This document shows positions 1-8,670 of a stretch of DNA of 23,481 nt, piece after piece. The stretch's first letter is position 1. Each line of letters begins with the position of its first letter. Origin of the DNA: Abditibacteriaceae bacterium (GTDB lineage Bacteria; Armatimonadota; Abditibacteriia; Abditibacteriales; Abditibacteriaceae). Location of the stretch: NCBI GenBank assembly GCA_031372065.1, contig JANMKN010000409.1, positions 1-23,481 on the forward strand, given 5' to 3'. The notes beneath the pieces are model-generated. The model had not been told where the DNA came from. It saw nothing but the letters and a program-made list of their open reading frames with translations, and did no database searches. A program made the position numbers and the translations under genes.

Positions 1-684
1 CCCGATTTGAAGTTCACTATCGAGCACATTTTGGGCAGCGGCGACACCGTTGTCGGCCACTGGACAGCGCGCGGCACGCATACCGGCACGCCGTTGCACA
101 CGCTCAAAGGTGATATTCCCGCCAAGGGTGACCCATTTGTGATTGATGGCATGAGTTGGCTGCGTTTCAACGACGAAGGCAAATTCGTCGAGGCGCGCAT
201 CAACGAAGACACGCTGGGTCTTTTGATTCAAATCGGCGGCATTCCCGGCCCGCCGCGCCCGCCTGCAACTTCCACGGCGGAAAACGAAGCGATGGTCGCT
301 AAATACTTTGGCAATCTGATGAGTCAGGGCCAGTTTGAAATTATTGACGAAATCATCGCTGAGAATTTCTCGTTTCACATTCCCACGTTGCCCGAACCCA
401 TTCGCGGCAAAGAAGGAATGCATGGCTTTGTAACGGGCCTGCGCACTGGCTTTCCCGATATTCATTTCACCGTTGAGCGGCAAATCGCCGAAGGCGACAA
501 AGTGGCGGCGCGTTGGTTTATCGAAGGCACGCACAACGGCCCGTTTTTAGGAATGCCGCCAACTGGCAATCACATCAAAGATCAAGGGGTTGACATCTTC
601 ATTTTTCAAGGCGGCAAAATCGTCGAAATCTGGGTCAACGAAAATGATCTGGGTTTGATGAAGCAATTGGGCGCGTTTGGATAA
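1..684 (+). CDS. Tandem SnoaL-like / ester cyclase (NTF2-like fold) protein, 5' end outside the window
   Basis: The frame is open from base 1 (PDLKFTIEH...). Two repeats carry the ester-cyclase pattern PD..FT+E..+..GD.V...W...GTH.G (PDLKFTIEHILGSGDTVVGHWTARGTHTG and FPDIHFTVERQIAEGDKVAARWFIEGTHNGPFLGMPPTG), each ending D.LGL+.Q+G. Confidence 0.9.
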   Translation, partial: PDLKFTIEHILGSGDTVVGHWTARGTHTGTPLHTLKGDIPAKGDPFVIDGMSWLRFNDEGKFVEARINEDTLGLLIQIGGIPGPPRPPATSTAENEAMVAKYFGNLMSQGQFEIIDEIIAENFSFHIPTLPEPIRGKEGMHGFVTGLRTGFPDIHFTVERQIAEGDKVAARWFIEGTHNGPFLGMPPTGNHIKDQGVDIFIFQGGKIVEIWVNENDLGLMKQLGAFG

Positions 685-706
685 AGCGGGCAAAAAGCAA
701 ATTCTC

Positions 707-2296
707 ATGGAAACCTACGATGCCGTTATTATCGGTGCCGGGCCAAACGCGCTGGTCAGCGCCGCTTATCTGACCAAAGCGGGTTGGAGCGTGCTGATTC
801 TTGATCGCAATGATCGTCCCGGCGGCGGTTTGCGCTCCGAGGAACTGACGCGCCCCGGCTTTTTGCACGACACCTACGCCGGATTTTTGGTGTTGTTCGC
901 GCTTTCCAAAGCCTATGCCGATTTAGGCGGCGACTTAGCCACGCGCGGTTTGCAAATGGCGAACAACACCACGCCTGCCGGTGTGTCGCTGCATGATGGC
1001 AACGCGACGCTGCTGACAACCGACATGGCGACGAACATGGCCGAAATTGACCGCTTGCATCCCGGCGACGGCGCGGCATGGGCCAGTTTAATCGGCGGTT
1101 TGGGACAGCACGCGCCCGAAGTTTTCGGCTTGCTGGCGTCCGATTTAACCACGCCCGAAAGCGCCGCGATGATGCGCGGTTTGATGGTGGCGCCGGATGG
1201 CGGGCCGACAAGTTTCGCCAAAGAATTTTTCCTATCGGCACGCGATGTTTTGGATTCGACTTTCAAAGGTCACGTTTGGAAAGCGTTCATGGCGCCGTGG
1301 GTTTTGCACTCTGGGCACGGGCCAGACGAAGCCAATAGCGGCTTTTGGGTGAAAGTGTTTGGCATGGGCGCGCAGATGGCCGGTTTGCCGGTTGGCATTG
1401 GCGGCGCTGAAAAAATGGCGTCGTCGTTGGCGCAACTGATTAAAGATCAGGGCGGCAAAATTTACGCGAACACCACGGCGAGCAATATCATCGTCGAAAA
1501 TGGCCGCGCCGTGGGCGTGAAAACTGAAAGCGGCGACGAATTCCGCGCCACCAAAGCAGTTTTGGCGACGGCGAATCCCGATCAGCTTTACGGAAAATTG
1601 CTCGCCGATTGCGATTTGGTGCCCGATTCGCTGCGCGGCGAAGCCCAAAATTTCCGTTACGGCCATGCGGTTTTAGCGATTCATTTGGCGCTTTCCGAAA
1701 AACCGAAATGGCATGATGAGCGCTTAGATAGTGTGACTTATACACACGTCACAGCCGGTCTGGATGGTGTATCGCGCAACTTCAACGAAGTGCAGCGCCG
1801 TTTGCTGCCCAGCGATCCGACAGTTGGCGTCGGCACGCCCAGCACGCTTGATCCCTCGCGCGCTCCCGAAGGCGCCGCCGTGATGGTTTTGCAGGCACTT
1901 GATTCGCCGTTTACTGTTGTCGGCGATGCAAGCGATGAAATCGAAGTCGGCGACGGGACATGGACGGATGACCTTAAAAATCGCTACGCTGACCGCGTGA
2001 TTGACATCGTTGGCAAGCACGTCACGAATTTGAAAGACGCGATTTTAGAGCGTTACATTATCAGCCCGCTGGATTTGCAAACGTGTAATATGAACTGGAA
2101 TTGCGGCGATCCTTACAGCGGTTCGCATTCGCTTGCGCAAAGTTACACGCTGCGGCCTTTGCCGGGCCAAAAAGGGCACCGCACGCCGGTGCCGGGCTTG
2201 TATCAAATCGGCGCCGCGACACATCCAGGCCTTGGTTTGGCGGGCGGTTCCGGCACTATCGTCGCGCAAATGTTGTTGAACGAAACAGACAAATAG
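707..2296 (+). CDS. FAD-dependent oxidoreductase, phytoene dehydrogenase-like (COG1233 type)
   Basis: N-terminal dinucleotide-binding motif YDAVIIGAGPNAL (GxGxxA variant), then DRPGGGLRSEE...PGFLHD, a central PTxxDPSRAPEG and C-terminal RTPVPGLYQIGAATHPGLGLAGGSG. ATG 707 chosen over the overlapping TTG 677. Confidence 0.85.
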   Translation: METYDAVIIGAGPNALVSAAYLTKAGWSVLILDRNDRPGGGLRSEELTRPGFLHDTYAGFLVLFALSKAYADLGGDLATRGLQMANNTTPAGVSLHDGNATLLTTDMATNMAEIDRLHPGDGAAWASLIGGLGQHAPEVFGLLASDLTTPESAAMMRGLMVAPDGGPTSFAKEFFLSARDVLDSTFKGHVWKAFMAPWVLHSGHGPDEANSGFWVKVFGMGAQMAGLPVGIGGAEKMASSLAQLIKDQGGKIYANTTASNIIVENGRAVGVKTESGDEFRATKAVLATANPDQLYGKLLADCDLVPDSLRGEAQNFRYGHAVLAIHLALSEKPKWHDERLDSVTYTHVTAGLDGVSRNFNEVQRRLLPSDPTVGVGTPSTLDPSRAPEGAAVMVLQALDSPFTVVGDASDEIEVGDGTWTDDLKNRYADRVIDIVGKHVTNLKDAILERYIISPLDLQTCNMNWNCGDPYSGSHSLAQSYTLRPLPGQKGHRTPVPGLYQIGAATHPGLGLAGGSGTIVAQMLLNETDK

Positions 2297-2410
2297 GAAC
2301 GCGGACTTCGTGCGCGGAAACGACGGATTGACGCGGATTTTTTGAAGAATTTTCTTTTTTCGATTCCGCGAAAATCAAAGTCTTTTCCGCGTAGCGTAGC
2401 TCTGCATTCC
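2296..2410. repeat. Imperfect palindromic intergenic element (REP-like), copy A, homologous to 11524-11635
   Basis: Left arm ggaacgcggacttcgtgcgcggaaac...gattgacgcggattttt pairs imperfectly with right arm ttccgcgaaaatc...tttccgcgta...tctgcattcc. The left arm aligns with that of copy B. Confidence 0.7.
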
Positions 2411-2427
2411 CATTCAAAAATAAGACC

Positions 2428-3243
2428 ATGAACGCAACTACTTCTGACGGTGTGCGGATTGATTATTCAGATGCAGGGCAAGGCGAACCGGCCTTAGTGA
2501 TGTGCCCGGCTTGGTGCATGAGCCGCAGTGGTTTCGCGGATTTGCCGGACAAATTGTCGGCCAATCATCGCGTGTTATCGCTTGATTGGCGCGGACATGG
2601 CGCTTCGGAAAAACCGGCGGCAGATTTTGGCGCGGTGCAGCTTATCGAAGACGTTTTAGCCGTCGTTGAAGCCGCTGGCGTGGAAAGTTTTATTCCCGTC
2701 ACGCTCTCGCACTCCGGTTGGGTCGGCATTGAATTGGGCCGTCGGCTGGGCGTGGCCCGCGTGCCGAAAATCGTGCATCTGGACTGGATTGTCTTGCCGC
2801 CGCCGCCCGAATATATGGGCCTTGTGCATGGTTTGGCGGCGCCCGAAAGCTGGGAGCAGATGCGTGATATTTTGTTCAATATCTGGCTCGAAGGCGTGGA
2901 CGACCCCAAATTGATTTCCTTTGTGCGCGACGAAATGGGCGGTTACGACGGCGAAATGTGGATGCGCTCCGGGCGCGAGATCGGCGCTTGCATCGAAAAT
3001 GGCGTTTCCGCGTTGCAGGCGCTTTCGCAAATCGAACCCTCGGTGCCTGCCTTGCACGTTTACGCGCAGCCGCCGGACGAAGGCTATTATCAAGCGCAAA
3101 TGCAGTTTGCGCAGGCGAATCCGTGGTATCACGTTCATCGTTTGCCCGCGCACAGCCACTTTCCCACCTATGAATTGGCAGACGAAATCGCGGGTGTTAT
3201 CGAAGATTTCGTTGGGCGCAATGAAGGAAATTCAACGGCATAA
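2428..3243 (+). CDS. Alpha/beta-hydrolase-fold protein related to cofactor-independent 3-hydroxy-4-oxoquinoline 2,4-dioxygenases (HOD/QDO/AqdC)
   Basis: Motifs shared in order with HOD as I recall it: PAWC, WRGHG, FIPVTLSHSGW (S-H-x-G-W elbow instead of GxSxG), LDW (dyad Asp), EM..Y....W.RSGR.I, H+Y.QP....Y, FA...PW, HFP (catalytic His). Confidence 0.8.
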   Translation: MNATTSDGVRIDYSDAGQGEPALVMCPAWCMSRSGFADLPDKLSANHRVLSLDWRGHGASEKPAADFGAVQLIEDVLAVVEAAGVESFIPVTLSHSGWVGIELGRRLGVARVPKIVHLDWIVLPPPPEYMGLVHGLAAPESWEQMRDILFNIWLEGVDDPKLISFVRDEMGGYDGEMWMRSGREIGACIENGVSALQALSQIEPSVPALHVYAQPPDEGYYQAQMQFAQANPWYHVHRLPAHSHFPTYELADEIAGVIEDFVGRNEGNSTA

Positions 3244-3280
3244 AAGGCCGAAAACGAGCTTGAACACAAGCGAGAAATAC

Positions 3281-4777
3281 ATGATTACGCGCGAATTAAG
3301 GGACAACCGAGCCGCTATTTTAAAAGCGTCGTTATTTGGCGTGTTGTTGCTACCATCCGCATCGCTAAGGGCCGCGACGGACGAAACCGCGCCCGTTTTG
3401 GTTGATGATTCAGCGAATGCCCGCGCGCAATTGCTGAATCATGCCGTGAAACCGCACGGGCAGGAAAAACTGCTGCATCGCACGCAAACTGATGTCGCGC
3501 CGCCTTCGATTAGCGTTGGGCCAAGTGGCCCCGGCGCCCCAGCGGGCGCGGCGGGCAGTTCGGCGGCACCGGGCGCTCCCGGTGGAATGCCGGGAATGCC
3601 ACCCGGAATGCCGCCGCTGTCGGTGATTTTAGGCTACGCCGATTTTATGCTGGCGATTGATCGTCCTTACGAGGCCGAGAAAATCTACAAGCAAATCATG
3701 GCGAATATGCCCAAAATGGACCCGAACGACCCCAAAGTCGCCGAGATGATGAAAAATATGCCCAAAGAGCAGTTGGCGGCCATGCAAAGCGCGATGGCGG
3801 CTGTGCAAAAGGGCATAAAAGATGTCGAATACGCCAAAAGACCGACGATGACGCTGCTGGGACACGTTTATCATGATGATCGTAACGTGAGTTTGACGGC
3901 GTTTGGCGGTGGCCCGACATTTCGCTCGAAATATGGCAGGGCCACGCTCACGGCGGGCACCGGACATTATCGCAACAACAACGACCCAAACAACCCAAAC
4001 AATCCTCTGGCACTTTCGCCGGATATTCCCTCGGCGGAAGATAACATTACGCTGAAAAAGAACACGTTGAACTTGCTTTTGGAGCCGTATTTCAAAAAAT
4101 GGGAAGGCAATTTCTTTTTGAGCAATGTCACTTACGATGCCGCGCCGGATCGCTTTTTATACGACTTTAAAGTGTCGTATGTGCCGAATCCGGCCCGCGA
4201 GCGCTATTACATTTCGACGGGACGCCACGATTCGTATTTTCAGAACGTCAACAATCAGTTCTACGCGCCGGAGACGTATTTTCAATTGAAGAAAAAGATT
4301 CTGTATGACGATTACAGCGTCGGCTTCGAGCATCCTGTCGGCAAGAAATTCGATAGCTCTTTTGCTTATCGTAATTTTCAATACACGGACGGCAACGAGC
4401 GAAATAACTATCGCACGACGTTCATGTATCGCATCAAGCCAACTACAGGCAAGCAAATGCCGGTGTGGCGCGTGGGAACGGATTTCATTTTTGACGATAG
4501 CAAGTTTTTTACGCTGGATTACACCGCATCGGTGAACTTCAATGCGTATTCGATTGCTACCGATTATTTGTGGATTTCGCGCAAGGTCAAATATGGCGCT
4601 TACGCTTCGTATCCGGTGTATCAGCAGAATTTCAACGCGCCTTATGGTGTCTTCGGTTTCGCCAGTTATCAATTGTCGAAAAGCACCGAATTATATACCA
4701 AACTGGCGCGTTTATCGGGGCCGGGCAACAGCATCTCGTTCAACGATGCGGTAATTGGCGTCAACGTGCGTTTTTAG
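3281..4777 (+). CDS. Putative outer-membrane beta-barrel protein with signal peptide and Pro/Gly/Met-rich, TPR-like N-terminal region
   Basis: ATG 3281 is followed by a signal-like segment (ILKASLFGVLLLPSASLRAA), a low-complexity linker and a TPR-like helix (YADFMLAIDRPYEAEKIYKQIM). About 310 aa of Tyr/Phe-rich amphipathic strands end in VIGVNVRF, a C-terminal Phe BAM-type signal. Confidence 0.7.
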   Translation: MITRELRDNRAAILKASLFGVLLLPSASLRAATDETAPVLVDDSANARAQLLNHAVKPHGQEKLLHRTQTDVAPPSISVGPSGPGAPAGAAGSSAAPGAPGGMPGMPPGMPPLSVILGYADFMLAIDRPYEAEKIYKQIMANMPKMDPNDPKVAEMMKNMPKEQLAAMQSAMAAVQKGIKDVEYAKRPTMTLLGHVYHDDRNVSLTAFGGGPTFRSKYGRATLTAGTGHYRNNNDPNNPNNPLALSPDIPSAEDNITLKKNTLNLLLEPYFKKWEGNFFLSNVTYDAAPDRFLYDFKVSYVPNPARERYYISTGRHDSYFQNVNNQFYAPETYFQLKKKILYDDYSVGFEHPVGKKFDSSFAYRNFQYTDGNERNNYRTTFMYRIKPTTGKQMPVWRVGTDFIFDDSKFFTLDYTASVNFNAYSIATDYLWISRKVKYGAYASYPVYQQNFNAPYGVFGFASYQLSKSTELYTKLARLSGPGNSISFNDAVIGVNVRF

Positions 4778-4815
4778 TTGATATGCCCAACAGAAAGAAG
4801 TGGACAAGGAAGCAT

Positions 4816-5910
4816 ATGCAGGAGAAATCTCAGCAGGCTGATGGGAAAAATTCCACGCTGTCGCGGCGCGATTTTATGCGCGGCATTGGTGGTGGCGCCC
4901 TTGCCCTTGGAGCCGGGCAAATGCTGGCCGGTTGCGGTGGCGGCAGCAGTGGCGCGGGTGGCGTGAATAATGTGCCATTCACGTTGTTTATCAGCACGTT
5001 TTTGGCTCATTCGGTCATGCGTTTTGATTCGGCATCCAATAAAGTAGTTGAATTGATTAAGTTCGACAAATTTGCCGATCCGCCAACCAACAAAAAAGAG
5101 CAAACCACTGCCGGGTTGGTGGTTAGCCCCGACAAGCAGAATTTATTTGTCTTTAGTCCCGGTTCCGACCAGATTTTCATGGTGGACGTTAATACCGGAG
5201 CCTTGAAAAAAGCCATTAAAGGTCCGTTTGTCAACACCGCGCACGGCGGGGCTATCAGCCCTCACGATGGCAAGTTGTATTACGTCAACGCGCCCTCGCT
5301 AACGGCTGAAGTCGGCGTTGGTAAGCCTGATTCCATTGAGATTCTCGATCCGGCTACAGGTGACCGTTTGCGCACGTTCATTGATACCAACACCACGCCC
5401 GAAGTGCGTGGCCCGTTTGGTATTACTTTTGGGCCGGATGGTGATTTGTATATTTCGTCGGTGCTATCTTTTGGGTTTAATCCAAGCACGTTTCCCTTTC
5501 GCCCCGACAAGGTCGCGCGTTTCGACGGCATTACCGGAAAATTCAAAAGTTTCGTGGTGCGACAGCAGCATTTGGCCTTCACGCTGTCGTTTTTGCCGAA
5601 CGGTCAATTGCTGGTGCCCTCGTTTTTCTTTAACCGAATTTACAATTACGACACAGCAAATGCCAAATTAGTGGATGCGTTCGTGAATGCACAGTATCCG
5701 CTTGAAGGCCTCTTCGGTCCAGACGGCGATTTTTATGTGACGAGCTTTTCTGACCAGGCTCATGTGGATTTGCTGATAGACCCGATTGATTCCAACGACG
5801 ACAATGCACAAGGCGCCGGGCGTTTATTGCGCTTCAACGGCAAGACCGGCGCGCAGCGTGGTGTGGTGTTGGAAAAGTTGCCCTATGCGGGCTTTATGGC
5901 GTTTCTGTAA
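4816..5910 (+). CDS. Tat-exported lipoprotein with NHL/YncE/Vgb-like beta-propeller
   Basis: RBS-like aaggaag before ATG 4816. Twin-arginine SRRDFMR, lipobox LAGC and Gly/Ser tether. Repeated blade motifs: GLVVSPDKQNLFV, GAISPHDGKLYYV, GITFGPDGDLYIS, LSFLPNGQLLV, GLFGPDGDFYVT. Confidence 0.8.
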   Translation: MQEKSQQADGKNSTLSRRDFMRGIGGGALALGAGQMLAGCGGGSSGAGGVNNVPFTLFISTFLAHSVMRFDSASNKVVELIKFDKFADPPTNKKEQTTAGLVVSPDKQNLFVFSPGSDQIFMVDVNTGALKKAIKGPFVNTAHGGAISPHDGKLYYVNAPSLTAEVGVGKPDSIEILDPATGDRLRTFIDTNTTPEVRGPFGITFGPDGDLYISSVLSFGFNPSTFPFRPDKVARFDGITGKFKSFVVRQQHLAFTLSFLPNGQLLVPSFFFNRIYNYDTANAKLVDAFVNAQYPLEGLFGPDGDFYVTSFSDQAHVDLLIDPIDSNDDNAQGAGRLLRFNGKTGAQRGVVLEKLPYAGFMAFL

Positions 5911-5946
5911 AGGCGCTGACGAACGCAGTGGGAGCATGAAATATTT

Positions 5947-6789
5947 ATGAAGAGTAAAACATTCCATAAAATAGGCGCTTTTGGCCTATTGGGAGGCCTG
6001 ACTGCCTGGATGTTGGCGGGATGCAGCGGCTCCTTTCACAACAACTTCATCAACGGCGACAGCGGCGTGTTTTTAAGCGCGGAGCAGCCGATGGGAAATG
6101 GCACCGCGCATGATTTCGTTGAACTAACCAACGGAATTCCGGTGCGTCTCGGTGTGGAATTCACCCCGCAGGCGTTGACGGGGCTGCCCAATTTGCCGCA
6201 TGATGACACGTCCAATGCCTCGCGCGTTTTCGTGGCGCCGTTGCCATCAAAGACTCATGGCACGCCCTTGAAAAGCACTATTGTGTTTTATAGTTCAGGG
6301 CATGACGTGCCAAATGTTAGTCAAACGGAGCCAGCGCATTTGCACGCGACGTTTTTGATTCGTCCATTTCAGGATACAGTTCCGCCTTTTTTTGCTGAAA
6401 CCACCGCTGTCGCTGCGAATGAAGTGCCGCAAGATCATGTGCGTGTAGCAAGCTTTTTTCAGCCCGGCGGCATCCTTGTGCCGGGCATCGGCGTGCTTTA
6501 CGACGACCCCAGAGAACCAGCGAATTTGCCTCCTTTGCAAACTTTGGGGCAAAGCTATCTCTTTTTTGGCGGTCATATGAACGCCATTACATTAGGGCCG
6601 ACACTTGATGCTCTAAAAAGCAAGCAGACGCTGACGCAGGCGATCAAACAACCGGAATTTTACCCGGTTGATGGATTTTATCCAACGAAATGGACAGTGC
6701 GTTTCGACGCAACGCGTAACGTCCATGTTATCGAGTTGACGAATTTTCGCCGGGCCGCTCATTTTGTGCCTTTGGAGCAAATTAATTAA
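5947..6789 (+). CDS. Lipoprotein, DUF5602/TTHB210-like paralog 1
   Basis: Sec signal with lipobox LAGC. Motifs GNGTA..FV....G.P..LGVE....AL.GLP, GH...HLH, GHMN and KQPEFYP..GFYPT.W.VRFD are shared with the next three genes. Family name is from memory of the pattern. Confidence 0.7.
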   Translation: MKSKTFHKIGAFGLLGGLTAWMLAGCSGSFHNNFINGDSGVFLSAEQPMGNGTAHDFVELTNGIPVRLGVEFTPQALTGLPNLPHDDTSNASRVFVAPLPSKTHGTPLKSTIVFYSSGHDVPNVSQTEPAHLHATFLIRPFQDTVPPFFAETTAVAANEVPQDHVRVASFFQPGGILVPGIGVLYDDPREPANLPPLQTLGQSYLFFGGHMNAITLGPTLDALKSKQTLTQAIKQPEFYPVDGFYPTKWTVRFDATRNVHVIELTNFRRAAHFVPLEQIN

Positions 6790-6830
6790 GTCGGAATGGT
6801 AAAGCGGTTGGATTTAAGGAGTTGTTACGA

Positions 6831-7769
6831 ATGGTTTCCCCTTCAGCAGTGATGAAGTGTGAACAGAAAATTAAGCAGCGCCAAAGCGCACGAAAGCGGT
6901 TTGGCTTGCTCACTATTGCGGCAACTGGTGTTGTCGCGGCGGTTGGCGTTGCAGGTGTTGCCGGTTGCGGCGGCACCAACGCTGGTGGCAGTAATGGCGT
7001 TCCCGGCCTCAATGGTGGACCGGGCACTTTGCCTTTTGCCACGCCCGCAGGCACACGAACAATTTTCGGCCCCGAAAACAAAGTGCTGATTGGCTCCAGC
7101 AAGCTGGTGCGCGTGGGACGCGGTTTTGTTTCGCTTGATCCCAACAACCGCCCTGTCTTCGTCGGATTACAAATGTTCTCCGATGCCGTCAACGATTTGC
7201 CGATACCGTCCTCCTTTAATAATCCAGATGCCTATGGCATTAACTTGCCGCCGGAGGCCGTTTACACCATTTTTACGTTTATCGCCATCGCCGATTTCAG
7301 CGGGCATTTGCCCAGAGGCGCGGGCGATGTGCCGCATTTTCATCCGGTGTTCGTTACGGGCACGCCCCAAACACCCAACCCGCCGGATTTTCCAGAAGAG
7401 AAAATGCCGATTGCAGCGGGTGAATTGCCAAGGGATCACGAGGCCATTGACGATGTGGCTGGCGGTATCGGCCAAGGTGTGCAAGACCCGGCGCAACCGC
7501 AGGCTCAACTGGGCTGGGATTCCACCGGACAGAATTACTTTTTCTACAAGGGGCACATGAACGCCATTGCCCTTGGCGCTACGCACGCTTATCTGCGTCG
7601 CCAAGAGCGCGGCACCGAAGGAACTGGCAGCGATGTCATTAAGCAACCGGTGGTTTATCCCAAACCCGGTCTTTACCCGCATCGTTACACCGTGCGCTGG
7701 AACGCGAAGACCAAATCGCATTATTTTGTGATGGAAGATTTTCGCCCGGCGACCAACGTGGTGCCGTGA
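6831..7769 (+). CDS. Lipoprotein, DUF5602/TTHB210-like paralog 2
   Basis: aaggag at 6816-6821 before ATG 6831 (ATG 6852 is an alternative start). Lipobox VAGC plus Gly tether. Motifs GHLPRGAGDVPHFHPVF, QDPAQPQAQ, NYFFYKGHMN, KQPVVYPKPGLYP. Confidence 0.7.
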   Translation: MVSPSAVMKCEQKIKQRQSARKRFGLLTIAATGVVAAVGVAGVAGCGGTNAGGSNGVPGLNGGPGTLPFATPAGTRTIFGPENKVLIGSSKLVRVGRGFVSLDPNNRPVFVGLQMFSDAVNDLPIPSSFNNPDAYGINLPPEAVYTIFTFIAIADFSGHLPRGAGDVPHFHPVFVTGTPQTPNPPDFPEEKMPIAAGELPRDHEAIDDVAGGIGQGVQDPAQPQAQLGWDSTGQNYFFYKGHMNAIALGATHAYLRRQERGTEGTGSDVIKQPVVYPKPGLYPHRYTVRWNAKTKSHYFVMEDFRPATNVVP

Positions 7770-7867
7770 CACAAAACAGCAAATCATAATTTTTGCCGCT
7801 GCTGTGATGAAGCGCGGTGAAAACGGTTTTTCAACTCATCAAGCTGTAAATTCTTCGAGGAGAACCC

Positions 7868-8659
7868 ATGCAAAAGAAGAGTGTTCAGGTTCGACAAATG
7901 TTGGGGTTGTGTGCCATAGCGTTCGCGTTGGCGGGTTGCGGTGGAAGTGGAAATAGTGGTTTGGTGAATCCGACCGGCAATACGATTTTCGCACCTGCCA
8001 AAGCACTGAATGGCGGCACGGCGCGCGGCTACGTCACGTTGAGAAATAACCAAGTTGTGGCGGTGGGAGTGGAATTAACCCCAGGTGCTTTAGCCAGTCT
8101 GCCCACGCCTCCACCGGGTCAGGCCGTGGCGGTAACCGGTATCACGTTGCCAACTCAAGCCAGTAGCACCGTGTATAAAGAGATTGCTATTGCTTATTTT
8201 GATGCTCACTCCCCAGCGGGCGTTGGCGATAAACCTCATTTTCACCCGGTGTTTTTGCTCAACTCGCCGCAAGCACCCGATCCTCCCGCTTTTGCTAAAG
8301 AAAATCAAGCTGTGGCGGCGGGCGAAGTGCCCGCTGATCATGTGAAATTAGCCGACGTAGCACCGGGAATTGGTGCGGCTTTTCAAGACCCGGCGCAACC
8401 GCAAGCACAACCCGGTTGGGATTCGTATGGACAGAATTACTTCTTCTACGAAGGCCACATGAATGGCGTGGCTCTTGGCGCCACCAATGCCTATTTGCAG
8501 CGTTTGTCGGCTGGAACCGACATCGCTCGTGGCGATGTCATCAAACAACCGACGGTTTATCCTAAGCGCGGCCTTTACGCGAATCGCTACACCGTGCATT
8601 ATGATAAGGTCCGCCGCGTTTTCATTTTTGAACTGAGCGATTTGGTCGTGAAAGGTTGA
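7868..8659 (+). CDS. Lipoprotein, DUF5602/TTHB210-like paralog 3
   Basis: gaggag RBS and lipobox LAGC-GGSG. Motifs AHSPAGVGDKPHFHPVF, QDPAQPQAQPGWDS, NYFFYEGHMN, KQPTVYPKRGLY. Confidence 0.75.
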   Translation: MQKKSVQVRQMLGLCAIAFALAGCGGSGNSGLVNPTGNTIFAPAKALNGGTARGYVTLRNNQVVAVGVELTPGALASLPTPPPGQAVAVTGITLPTQASSTVYKEIAIAYFDAHSPAGVGDKPHFHPVFLLNSPQAPDPPAFAKENQAVAAGEVPADHVKLADVAPGIGAAFQDPAQPQAQPGWDSYGQNYFFYEGHMNGVALGATNAYLQRLSAGTDIARGDVIKQPTVYPKRGLYANRYTVHYDKVRRVFIFELSDLVVKG

Positions 8660-8670
8660 GGAGAGCTTCC

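Noticed and set aside
707..2296. Calling the flavoprotein crtI and inferring a carotenoid cluster
   Set aside because: No crtB/crtE neighbours, and only family-level similarity.
2921..3280. N-terminal 120 aa of the 618-aa ORF
   Set aside because: It overlaps the HOD-like gene in another frame. The signal peptide begins at ATG 3281.
4570..4815. N-terminal extension of the beta-propeller ORF
   Set aside because: It overlaps the barrel gene. The RBS and Tat signal support ATG 4816.
7790..7829. Weak hairpin between lipoprotein paralogs 2 and 3
   Set aside because: The stem is imperfect and bulged with the T-run offset, too weak to call a terminator.
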